NCBI GenBank assembly: GCA_024278345.1
Contig: JAJRTK010000512.1
Location: forward strand, 1-50,096
DNA: 50,096 bases
Direction: 5' to 3'
From: a bacterium
Lineage (GTDB): Bacteria > CSSED10-310 > JAJRTK01
Positions within the stretch are counted from its first letter, which is position 1, and every line of letters begins with the position of its first letter. The notes below the pieces were generated by a model. That model was not told the DNA's origin and searched no databases. It worked only from the letters and a program-made list of their open reading frames with translations. The position numbers were made by a program, and so were the translations under genes. Of the stretch, positions 8,674 through 16,806 are shown piece after piece.

Positions 8674-10302
8674 TCAATGGGTCGGCCACTGGCTAGGCCA
8701 CCAGTAGAAGTCCCAGTTCGGCCCGCGGTGGACGGTGGCGAAGTAGGTCAGCACCACGAACGCGACAATGAAACAGGTGAAAAGGGCGATGGCACTCATC
8801 CGAGTCGAGCGGGTCTTCCCGATGATCCCCAACGACCAAACGATGAAAGCGGTAACGAGCACGGTTCCTGGATTTACAAACGTGATAATGATCTGCGGGA
8901 TTTCCAGAAACCAATTTCTAAGCCATCCAAAATTGACGGTAAAGGTGAGAAGCGCCACGGTGAATAAGAAGGAAAACAGGGCAGTTTGCCAAGCGACTCG
9001 GATGCCTTCTTGCCCGCAAATCCAGCGACCAGGTATTTCGCGCTCCCGATCAAGATAGGGAATCAGCGCCAACCCCAAGATGACTACCGCGGGGATCCCC
9101 ACGCCTCCCATGAAGGCCGAATAACTGACCATTTCCTGGAGTCCCAGGAAATACCACGGCGCCTTGGCGGGGTTCTCAGGGATTCCGGGGTTTGCAAGCT
9201 CCTTTAGCGGTGCGTCGAAGAAGTAGCCCAAAAAGAGCATGACTGCCGTTGTCAACATTGCCAAGGCCGCAATGGCATAGAGGGCATTGGGGTAGGCCGG
9301 AATCGTATTTCGCAGCTCCTTGCCCACGGCAGGTGTCCGCCCCTTCATAAGGGCCATGAGCCCCCAAGTCCGAGTCGATGGATCTCCCTGCTTGGGTGTC
9401 ATGGCTGTCATCGACGGGGCCTCGACATCTTTCCCCGTTGGCCGTGGGGGCACGGTCTCTGCCGGCTTGGCCAGCCCCCCGTCCTTGCGAATGCGCCATA
9501 TATGCACCGCGGCAAATAGGGTCAGAACCAGTGGCAAAACCACCACGTGGAGCACGTAGAAGCGCACCAGTGCTTCCTGCCCCACGTAGTGGGCTCCCAA
9601 CAAGAGTTCCTTCTGCATTCCCCCAATATCTAGGCTGGCTGTAATCCCCAGGGCATCCGTCAGCTCCCGTGGGGATTGAGCGATGTTGGCTCCAATGGTG
9701 CAAGCCCAAAAAGCCAGCTGATCCCAGGGCAGTAGATAACCCGTGAAACTCAGTCCGAGGGTCAAAACGAACAGAGCCATACCAATGACCCAGTTGAACT
9801 CCCGAGGTTTTTTGTAAGCTGCCGTATAAAAAACCCGCGCCATGTGGAGAAACACACATAGGACCATCCCGTGGGCCGCCCAGCGGTGGATGTTTCGGAT
9901 GAAGCGCCCGGACGGAACAACGTAGATGATATCCTTCATGGAGTCGTACGCCAGATCGACGGCCGGTTTGTAGTAAACCATCAAAAGGATGCCCGTGAAG
10001 GTCAGAATGCCAAACAGGACCAGGAGAATGATGCCAAGCCCCATCGTCGCCGAAAACTTTAGCGATCTCAGGTGGACGCGGACCGACATGACATGAAGAA
10101 AAAAATTGCTAAAGACCGTTTGGGAACGAGCCCGATCCGATGTCGGCACACCATGACGCACGACGGAATCGCGAGCGGTATCCGGTAGTGCCTTGAGGTT
10201 TGCCAGGAATGCAGGCAAACCTCCTCGTTCCTCCAGGGCCGGGGAGACCTCAACCGGTGGCTGCCTCCCGTTGATCGATTTTTCGACGGGTGTCGTCGTC
10301 AT
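8674..10302 (-). CDS. cytochrome b, fused b6 / subunit-IV type with extra C-terminal TM helices
   Basis: Maximal ORF 8674..10371 trimmed to ATG 10302 (CAGGAGA 7 nt upstream, 19 nt after the Rieske stop). [15 protein letters not shown] (H-x13-H), [24 protein letters not shown] and [17 protein letters not shown] (H-x14-H, b6-like). Followed by the subunit-IV-like motif PWYFLGLQE. Confidence 0.85.
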   Translation of the reverse strand: MTTTPVEKSINGRQPPVEVSPALEERGGLPAFLANLKALPDTARDSVVRHGVPTSDRARSQTVFSNFFLHVMSVRVHLRSLKFSATMGLGIILLVLFGILTFTGILLMVYYKPAVDLAYDSMKDIIYVVPSGRFIRNIHRWAAHGMVLCVFLHMARVFYTAAYKKPREFNWVIGMALFVLTLGLSFTGYLLPWDQLAFWACTIGANIAQSPRELTDALGITASLDIGGMQKELLLGAHYVGQEALVRFYVLHVVVLPLVLTLFAAVHIWRIRKDGGLAKPAETVPPRPTGKDVEAPSMTAMTPKQGDPSTRTWGLMALMKGRTPAVGKELRNTIPAYPNALYAIAALAMLTTAVMLFLGYFFDAPLKELANPGIPENPAKAPWYFLGLQEMVSYSAFMGGVGIPAVVILGLALIPYLDREREIPGRWICGQEGIRVAWQTALFSFLFTVALLTFTVNFGWLRNWFLEIPQIIITFVNPGTVLVTAFIVWSLGIIGKTRSTRMSAIALFTCFIVAFVVLTYFATVHRGPNWDFYWWPSQWPTH

Positions 10303-10321
10303 GATGAGTCTCCTGAAGCCT

Positions 10322-10822
10322 TCAAACCGGAAGCCGCGTGCCGAGAGGAACGTTGATCGCGGTGTCCACAAGGAGCTGCCCGTCCGGAGACAGCCCCATC
10401 GCTATCCAATGGAGTGGCGTTGGCGCAGGTCCCTGGAGCACCTTGCCATCAGGCGCGAAAATCGAACCGTGACAGGGGCACCGAAAAATCCCGTCGGCGC
10501 TGCGGCCAGCAATACATCCCAGGTGTGTACAGATGGATGAAATGCTGTAAAGACCCTTGGCGTCATGAAAAACCCACAACCTAAGTTCCGGGAGATGGGT
10601 CACGGAACCCTTGGGATAGCGCTCGGGATGACCGATCTTTACGCGGGAATTCGATTCGGGAAAAACGGATGGCATCGGCAGCCGGAGGGAGCCAATGAGG
10701 GCGGCTCCGAAAGCTGCTACGGCGGACCAGATCGCCGCTAGTCCCAAGAAGTCTCGACGGGACGCGGGTTCCTGGAACCGGGGACTTTCTTCCAGTGCAG
10801 AGTTCCGAGACAGTTTGCTCAC
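10322..10822 (-). CDS. Rieske [2Fe-2S] iron-sulfur protein, Tat-dependent
   Basis: Maximal ORF trimmed to GTG 10822 (GGGAGG 8 nt upstream; GTGA overlap with the upstream stop at 10819-10821). Tat motif SRRDFLG followed by a TM segment. Rieske boxes CTHLGC and CPCHGS. Confidence 0.85.
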   Translation of the reverse strand: MSKLSRNSALEESPRFQEPASRRDFLGLAAIWSAVAAFGAALIGSLRLPMPSVFPESNSRVKIGHPERYPKGSVTHLPELRLWVFHDAKGLYSISSICTHLGCIAGRSADGIFRCPCHGSIFAPDGKVLQGPAPTPLHWIAMGLSPDGQLLVDTAINVPLGTRLPV

Positions 10823-12828
10823 GATCCGACCTCCCGCCAGGGACTTTCGTAATGGACTCTCTCCATAGTGATTGCATTGACAGGGCACCGTTCCGCGCAA
10901 AGCGCACAGCGGATGCATCGAGACTCGTCTTTGATGATGGCCGAGCCTTGGGGCAACTCTTCGGGCGCATAGCGAGCCTCGAGAAGTTCCTGTATCTGCT
11001 CCGTCGCCTCCAGTGCCTCCACGGGAACAAGCCTAAGGCAAAGCTCGGGGCAAACATCGGCGCACCCGCCACACAGGATGCAGACGTCGGAGTCAAAGAC
11101 GGTATTGACGCCGCAATCGAAACAGCGACCGGCTTCCCGCATGGCGTCGGCTGGCTCATAGCCAAGCTCTACTACCGCCGTGTGCGAGGCCTTTCTCTTA
11201 TCCGGATCGAGTGCTGGCACTGGCACGCGGCCTTGCTTTTCGTAGTCAGCTTCCCGTTCGTACCCCAATATCGGTACATGGATCATCACCTGCTCAGGTT
11301 TGATTTCTAGACCCGTCAAATAACGATGCACCGATCTGGCAGCCCGTTTGCCCGTGGCGACCGCGTGGATGAGAAGACCCGGTCCCGTGGCGATGTCGCC
11401 AGCCAAGAAAACGTCCTCGGCACTGGTGGTCAACCGCACGGGGTCCACATCGATCAAGCCTCGCTCCGTAAACCGGATATCTCCGCCGGCCGGGATGAAG
11501 CTCAAGTCAGGTTGTTGCCCAATTGCCCAAAGGACGGTGTCAGCCTCGATGGTCGTCAACCCATCTCCAAAAATAGGGGAGAACCGACCGTTTTCATCGA
11601 AGACCCGGAGTACTTCTTGGAAGAGAACGCTTTGGACCTTTCCCGCCTCGTCCAGCAAAATCTCCTTTGGACCCATGCGGTGGTGTCTGACAATGCCCTC
11701 TTCATCACCCTCGATGATTTCCACGTCATCCGCCGGCATTTCTTCAAGGCTTTCCAAGGAGACCATGTTGACTTCCCGAACACTGGGATGGCGCAAAGCG
11801 CTCCTAGCTACGTCAATGTCCACCTGGCGCACGACGGAACGGGCTACGTCATAGGCAACATTTCCACCGCCAATGACCACGATGCGCTGACCAAGCTCCG
11901 CCGGCTCGCTGAGGGCAACACTCCTCAAGAACTCAACTCCACCCAGAACCCCTTCTCCCTTCGACCCCGGAATTGACAATCGGCGGGAGTACTTCGCACC
12001 AACGGCAATGATCGTCGCGGCGAATTCGTTCCGAAGCTGTGCCAAGGAAAGGTCACCCCCAACCTGCACATTGCATTCGAAATGAACGCCTAGGGCTTCG
12101 ATCAACTCGACTTCCGCCGTCACAAGATCTCGAGGCAGGCGGTAAGAAGGAATCCCCAAGACGAGCATCCCCGCCGGAATGGGTTCCATCTCGAAAACCG
12201 TGGGGCGAAATCCCATGAGCGCAAGATCGTGGGCTGCGGCCAACCCCGCCGGCCCAGCTCCCACGATGGCAACTTTGTGGCCATCCAGCTTGGGAGGGTC
12301 GATCCGTCGAAGGAGCCTTCGAAGGCTTGTCAACTCTTCTTTGCCGCGAACTTGGCGCTGGCGTCCGAAATGTAAGACCCGCTGGAGGATGTCCAACGGC
12401 CTTTGGCTCCGGGTTTCGGGGCCGTATAGGTTTGTCACAAACCTCTTCAGTGCTCGAATCGAAACCGCTTGGTCCACGCTTCCTCGGCGGCAGGCAGCTT
12501 CGCAAGGTGCGCCGCAAACTCGTCCACAAATACTGGCGAGCGGATTGGGGCCTCGCGCGATGAGGTAAGCTGCCTCGAAGTTGCCCTGGGCGATCGCCCG
12601 TACATAGCCCCGGGCATCAGTATTGACGGGACAGGCATCGTGGCATTTGATTTGCTTGGTCCAGTAGGCTGCATCCGGAACCTCAACGCGAAGCCTCTCA
12701 CCAGCCGGCTCCGCCACCCCATTCTTGCACATGCTAGCCCGCTCCGGATTCTTTGCTGCACCCCCCCAGGTTCCCGCGCCGATGGGGAACACCGGTTCAA
12801 GGAGCCAACAAACGGAAAAAACGACCAT
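10819..12828 (-). CDS. GltD/NfnB/SudA-like NAD(P)-binding iron-sulfur flavoprotein with C-terminal 2x[4Fe-4S] ferredoxin domain
   Basis: 669 aa. N-terminal Cys motifs (KCHDACP, CGRVCGAPCEAAC). Two dinucleotide-binding motifs (VAIVGAGPAGLAAA, VVIGGGNVAYDVA). C-terminal CILCGGCADVCP and CIRCALCAERCP. No signal peptide. ATG 12828 lies about 50 nt downstream of a TTGACA box; an alternative start is ATG 12732. Confidence 0.8.
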   Translation of the reverse strand: MVVFSVCWLLEPVFPIGAGTWGGAAKNPERASMCKNGVAEPAGERLRVEVPDAAYWTKQIKCHDACPVNTDARGYVRAIAQGNFEAAYLIARGPNPLASICGRVCGAPCEAACRRGSVDQAVSIRALKRFVTNLYGPETRSQRPLDILQRVLHFGRQRQVRGKEELTSLRRLLRRIDPPKLDGHKVAIVGAGPAGLAAAHDLALMGFRPTVFEMEPIPAGMLVLGIPSYRLPRDLVTAEVELIEALGVHFECNVQVGGDLSLAQLRNEFAATIIAVGAKYSRRLSIPGSKGEGVLGGVEFLRSVALSEPAELGQRIVVIGGGNVAYDVARSVVRQVDIDVARSALRHPSVREVNMVSLESLEEMPADDVEIIEGDEEGIVRHHRMGPKEILLDEAGKVQSVLFQEVLRVFDENGRFSPIFGDGLTTIEADTVLWAIGQQPDLSFIPAGGDIRFTERGLIDVDPVRLTTSAEDVFLAGDIATGPGLLIHAVATGKRAARSVHRYLTGLEIKPEQVMIHVPILGYEREADYEKQGRVPVPALDPDKRKASHTAVVELGYEPADAMREAGRCFDCGVNTVFDSDVCILCGGCADVCPELCLRLVPVEALEATEQIQELLEARYAPEELPQGSAIIKDESRCIRCALCAERCPVNAITMERVHYESPWREVGS

Positions 12829-12849
12829 GAATTCTCATTGGCAATAGAT

Positions 12850-12878
12850 TCCATAAAACAATCCAAAACATCTGTCAA
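12850..12878 (-). promoter_or_regulatory. candidate sigma70-type promoter of the respiratory operon
   Basis: The minus strand reads TTGACA (12878-12873), a 17-nt spacer, then TATGGA (12855-12850), about 20 nt upstream of ATG 12828. The -10 is imperfect. Prediction by eye only. Confidence 0.3.
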
Positions 12879-12912
12879 GCCCTGCAACTCACTGGCAGAT
12901 ATAAAAAAACTA

Positions 12913-12950
12913 TTTCGCAAAGAAAATGCATGATCATTTTGCACGAGAAA
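12913..12950. promoter_or_regulatory. imperfect 38-bp palindrome in the divergent intergenic region (candidate Rrf2-family operator)
   Basis: TTTCgcaaagAAAATG-catgat-CATTTTgcacgaGAAA. The core inverted repeat is AAAATG (12923-12928) / CATTTT (12935-12940). The arm AAAATGCATGA resembles the E. coli NsrR half-site AAnATGCATTT as I recall it. Confidence 0.3.
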
Positions 12951-13025
12951 CTCGAACCCTGCACAGGCCACGCCCGAGATCCAGCCCTTGCACTTTGAGC
13001 ACCAATCACCTATTGAGTATGCGAT

Positions 13026-13472
13026 ATGGGTGTCTTACTTTCTAAAACAGCACAATACGCAATTCGAGCACTGGTCGATCTGGCGCTGCAGTCTAGCGAG
13101 CGAGCCACGCCAATCCGGACTATCGCCGAACGTACGAATATTCCTTACCCGTTCCTGGCCAAACTGGTGGTCCAGCTTGTCCAGTCTCGTCTGGTGTCGT
13201 CGCACAAAGGGCCCGGAGGGGGTATCCGCCTGATGCGGCCCGCCAGCAAGATCAGCGTCATTGAGATCATCACGGCGATGGAGGGGGTCAACGCATTTGA
13301 AGCTTGCTTCCTGGGGCTCAAGCACTGTGGCGAGGAAGATCCATGCCCCATGCACGACTATTGGGCCGGCTTCAAGAGCCAGCTCCAGTCGAAATTGGTG
13401 GAGACTTCGCTTGCGGATTTGGCTGAGCTGGAACGAAAGCAGCAAGCGATCAATGCTGGCTCGGCAGACTGA
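13026..13472 (+). CDS. Rrf2-family transcriptional regulator with Fe-S cluster ligand motif (IscR/NsrR-like)
   Basis: 148 aa. Rrf2 winged helix (LSKTAQYAIRALVDLA, IRTIAERTNIPYPFLAKLVVQL, SHKGPGGGIRL). C-x6-C-x5-C-x2-H motif (CFLGLKHCGEEDPCPMH). No SD upstream of the ATG, and a TTGCAC box lies at 12988-12993, so the mRNA may have a very short leader or none. Confidence 0.9.
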   Translation: MGVLLSKTAQYAIRALVDLALQSSERATPIRTIAERTNIPYPFLAKLVVQLVQSRLVSSHKGPGGGIRLMRPASKISVIEIITAMEGVNAFEACFLGLKHCGEEDPCPMHDYWAGFKSQLQSKLVETSLADLAELERKQQAINAGSAD

Positions 13473-13587
13473 AGCTCTCGGGCAGCGCCTCGGATTTCTC
13501 CCCGGGGTTTTCCGCGGTGCCTTGTTCATCCGATCCTCCTGCTCTCTTTTAGGGTGTGCTTTTCGGGTAAAGCCTCCGTTCTCTTTA

Positions 13588-13630
13588 CGTTCCGCTCCCG
13601 GCGGCGGCAATCCGTCCGCCGCCAGTCGCC
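13588..13630 (-). repeat. dispersed intergenic repeat, copy D
   Basis: The reverse complement reads GGCGACTGGCGGCGGacggattGCCGCCGCCGGGAGCGGAACG. It shares the flanks GGCGA.T.GCGG and GGGAGCGGAACG and a central GC hairpin with copies at 15401, 24115 and 43596. Confidence 0.6.
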
Positions 13631-13792
13631 ATTGGTGCCGCTCTTGTCATCCACTGCCCTAAAGTCAGAGTTCCACCGGTTCTTCCTTTTCCCTGGCGTT
13701 TTCGTTGGCAGGGCCTTTTCAAGGTATCGTCGGGATGGCATTCACTGGCGGATCGCAGTCTTGTTTGCCACAATCCGTGGTAGGGTTCCGGA

Positions 13793-15421
13793 ATGGAAGT
13801 CGCCATCGCATCGAAACCCGAAGAGAGTGACCCCATCGAGCTTGAGCTGATCCGCTCGACACTCTTTTCCATCACGGAGGAGATGGGCGCGGCGCTAGAG
13901 AGATCGGCCTTTTCCCCGAACATCAAGGAGCGGCGCGACGACTCCTCCGCCATCTTTGATTCGCGGGGCCAAATGGTTGCCATGGGGGATGACCTCCCGG
14001 TCCATCTTGGCGCGATTCAGGCATCTGTTCAGGCGTTCGTTGACGCTCTCCCTCTTGAGCCGGGAGATGTGGGACTTTTGAACGACCCGTTTTCCGGAGG
14101 TTCCCATCTTCCTGACTTGACAATGGTTCAAGGCGTGTGGAAGGGGGAGCGCCTTCTTTTTTATGTTGCGAACCGCGCACATCACAGCGATATAGGAGGG
14201 ATGTCACCCGGTTCCATGGGGCCTTCGACGGAAATTTACCAAGAGGGGTTGGTGATCCCGCCGATTCGCCTGGTTCGCCGTGGCGAACTCGACAAAGAGC
14301 TTCTTCGTTTGGTGCTGGCCAATGTGCGTACCCCGAAAATGCGGCGAGGTGATCTCACAGCGCAGCTTGCGGCGTGTCATCTTGGGGAAAGACGGCTTTT
14401 GGAGGCCTACGCTGTTTATGGTGAGCGGTTGTTGGCTTTGAGCGGAGCACTGCTCCTCTCCACCGAGCGCCGCGTCCGGGATCTTGTGGCGAGTTTACCC
14501 GATGGTCACTATTCCTTTGAGGATCGCCTCGATCCCCTGGAGGATGGCCAAGAAGCCCGTTTGTCCCTGGAACTTCGGATCGATGGGGATCGCGCTGTGA
14601 CCGATTTTTCCGGGAGTTCGCCTCAAGTTACCTCTGGCGCGGTCAATTGCCCGCTGGCGGTGACGGCTTCGGCGGTCTATTATTGCTTTCGCTGCCTGAT
14701 GGATGATCCGGTCCCCTTCAATGGCGGTTTTGGCCGGGCCATTGAGATCGTGGCTCCCAAGGGATCTATCTTGAACGCCAAACGCCCGGCGGCCGTGGCC
14801 GCGGGGAATGTGGAGACTTCCCAGCGGGTCGTCGATGTCGTCTTCGGAGCCCTGGCGCAGGTTGTTCCGGATCGCGTCCCGGCGGCGACCCAGGGAACGA
14901 TGAATAACCTCTCTTTCGGTGGCCTTCGCCCGGATAAGACTCCCTTCGCCTACTACGAGACCATGGGCGGCGGCACCGGAGCCTGGGCCGGTGGAGACGG
15001 TGAAAGCGGAATCCAGAGCCACATGACCAATACCTTGAACACGCCCATCGAAGCGCTGGAAAATGAATTGCCGGTTCGCATTCGGGCCTATTCTCTTCGC
15101 GAGGGAAGTGGCGGCGCTGGACAAAAGAGGGGCGGAGAGGGTTTGATTCGGGAGTTGGAAATGCTCCAGCCGGTGGTGCTGTCGATTCTTTCGGAGCGCC
15201 GGCGGACCGGTCCCTACGGACTGGCCGGCGGGAAGGCCGGGAAACCGGGTCGCAACTTGCTGATCCGCGGCGGGGCCGAAGTCCTGGAGCTGGGGCCTCG
15301 CGTGGGACTCCGGCTGGAACAGGGGGATATCATTCGGATGGAAACTCCGGGCGGGGGAGGTTTTGGGGCTTGCCCGGCACCTGGGGTCACCGATGGCGAT
15401 GGCGGCGAAAATGGCGAGTAG
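13793..15421 (+). CDS. hyuB: hydantoinase B / oxoprolinase family protein (HyuB-like)
   Basis: 542 aa. DPIELELIRSTLFSITEEMGAALERSAFSPNIKERRD, LNDPFSGGSHLPD, ANRAHHSDIGG and RGDLTAQLAAC are typical of the HyuB/OplaH/acetone carboxylase alpha family. No HyuA partner is present in the window. Confidence 0.85.
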   Translation: MEVAIASKPEESDPIELELIRSTLFSITEEMGAALERSAFSPNIKERRDDSSAIFDSRGQMVAMGDDLPVHLGAIQASVQAFVDALPLEPGDVGLLNDPFSGGSHLPDLTMVQGVWKGERLLFYVANRAHHSDIGGMSPGSMGPSTEIYQEGLVIPPIRLVRRGELDKELLRLVLANVRTPKMRRGDLTAQLAACHLGERRLLEAYAVYGERLLALSGALLLSTERRVRDLVASLPDGHYSFEDRLDPLEDGQEARLSLELRIDGDRAVTDFSGSSPQVTSGAVNCPLAVTASAVYYCFRCLMDDPVPFNGGFGRAIEIVAPKGSILNAKRPAAVAAGNVETSQRVVDVVFGALAQVVPDRVPAATQGTMNNLSFGGLRPDKTPFAYYETMGGGTGAWAGGDGESGIQSHMTNTLNTPIEALENELPVRIRAYSLREGSGGAGQKRGGEGLIRELEMLQPVVLSILSERRRTGPYGLAGGKAGKPGRNLLIRGGAEVLELGPRVGLRLEQGDIIRMETPGGGGFGACPAPGVTDGDGGENGE

Positions 15422-15458
15422 CGGGCGCCGGATGGCGCCCGATGGGAGCGGAACGTAG
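15401..15458 (+). repeat. dispersed repeat, copy A (overlaps the hyuB 3' end)
   Basis: GGCGGCGAAAATGGCGAGTAGCGGGCGCCggatGGCGCCCGATGGGAGCGGAACG. The first 21 nt encode the last six hyuB codons plus the TAG stop. The same flanks occur at 24115-24172. Confidence 0.6.
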
Positions 15459-15483
15459 CACAGAACGGGGAAGAGGGTGGCCG

Positions 15484-16806
15484 ATGGTTTACGAGGCGAT
15501 TTTGATTGCTCTTGGGGGAATCGTGACTCTGACCGGCGCGTTGGTCCGGCGCTTTGGTGGTGAACGGGGACAGCAGCTATCCGGGACGGCGCAGCTTTTC
15601 GTTGCCATGACCTTGGGTTTCGCGTTGGCCTGGATTTCACCGGAAACGGCGGCGGGCTTCGGTTGGATTGGGCATCTTTTTCTGAAGATGCTGAAGATGA
15701 TCGTGGTGCCACTGGTGGTCGGCTCGGTGATCGTCGGCATCACGAGCCTTGGCGACATCCGCAATCTTGGCAGGACCGGCTTTGCCACCCTTGGCTACTA
15801 TGCGGCGACCACGTGTGCGGCGGTTCTTCTGGGTCTCATCGTTGTCAACATTTTCCAACCCGGCGTGGGGATTTCCACGTCGAATGCCGTCATGCTGGAG
15901 AACGTGGCGGCGAAGAGCAAATCTCTCAGTGAAGCCTTCATCGACATCGCCCTGGGCTTTTTCTCCGAAAACGCTTTCTACGCGGCAGCGGCGGAGAAAC
16001 CCCAAATGTTGCCGCTCATCATCTTCACGCTTGTTTTTGGCGGCGCACTGACCACCATCGGCCCGAAGGCCAAGGTGGTCATCGACTTTTTCGACGCCTT
16101 CAACGAGGTGATCCTGAAGATGGTCCACTGGATCCTGAAGCTGGTTCCCTACGGAGTCTTTGGCCTCATCGCCGGACGCCTTGGGCAGGCGGGCCCAGAG
16201 TTTTGGCAACTGCTTTCCGGTATTGCCCTCTACGCGGTGACAGTGGTGGTGGGGCTCCTGATTCACGGGGTGATCGTTCTTCCGATCCTGCTCAAGGTTT
16301 TCGCGAAACGGAGCCCCTGGGCCTACACCCAGGGGATGGCGGAATCCCTGATGACGGCGTTTTCCACGGCTTCCAGCTCGGCGACCTACCCCATCACGCT
16401 GGAGTGCGTGAGCCAACGGAACCGAGTCTCGAAGAAATCAGCGATGTTTGTCCTTCCCATCGGCGCCACCATCAACATGGACGGCACGGCCCTCTACGAG
16501 TCGGTGGCTGCCATGTTCATTGCTCAAGCTTACGGTATTCACTTGGGTCCCGTGGAGCAACTGGTGATCTTCATCACTGCTTCCCTGGCGGCCATAGGAG
16601 CGGCGGGCATCCCCGAGGCGGGGCTCTTCACCATGGTCATCGTCTTGAATGCCGTTGGCCTTCCCCCCGAAGGGGTCTCGCTCATCGTGGCCATCGACTG
16701 GTTCCTGGACCGGTGCCGCACAACGGTCAACGTTTGGGGCGACGCCGTTGGCGCCGCAATCATCGACAACATGGGAGAATCCCAAAGTGCTCCTCTCAGA
16801 CCGTGA
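15484..16806 (+). CDS. dicarboxylate/amino acid:cation symporter (DAACS family, GltP/DctA-like)
   Basis: Maximal ORF trimmed to ATG 15484, downstream of the hyuB stop. Polytopic membrane protein. The motifs SSSATYPIT and NMDGTALYE are typical of the sodium:dicarboxylate symporter family. Confidence 0.85.
   Translation: MVYEAILIALGGIVTLTGALVRRFGGERGQQLSGTAQLFVAMTLGFALAWISPETAAGFGWIGHLFLKMLKMIVVPLVVGSVIVGITSLGDIRNLGRTGFATLGYYAATTCAAVLLGLIVVNIFQPGVGISTSNAVMLENVAAKSKSLSEAFIDIALGFFSENAFYAAAAEKPQMLPLIIFTLVFGGALTTIGPKAKVVIDFFDAFNEVILKMVHWILKLVPYGVFGLIAGRLGQAGPEFWQLLSGIALYAVTVVVGLLIHGVIVLPILLKVFAKRSPWAYTQGMAESLMTAFSTASSSATYPITLECVSQRNRVSKKSAMFVLPIGATINMDGTALYESVAAMFIAQAYGIHLGPVEQLVIFITASLAAIGAAGIPEAGLFTMVIVLNAVGLPPEGVSLIVAIDWFLDRCRTTVNVWGDAVGAAIIDNMGESQSAPLRP

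Noticed and set aside
13035-13610. 191-aa ORF on the minus strand
   Set aside because: It is antisense to the Rrf2 regulator gene, which shows a textbook winged helix and Cys motif.
14495-15712. 405-aa ORF on the minus strand
   Set aside because: It is antisense to hyuB and to the start of the symporter gene. It has no motifs and a shadow-ORF composition.
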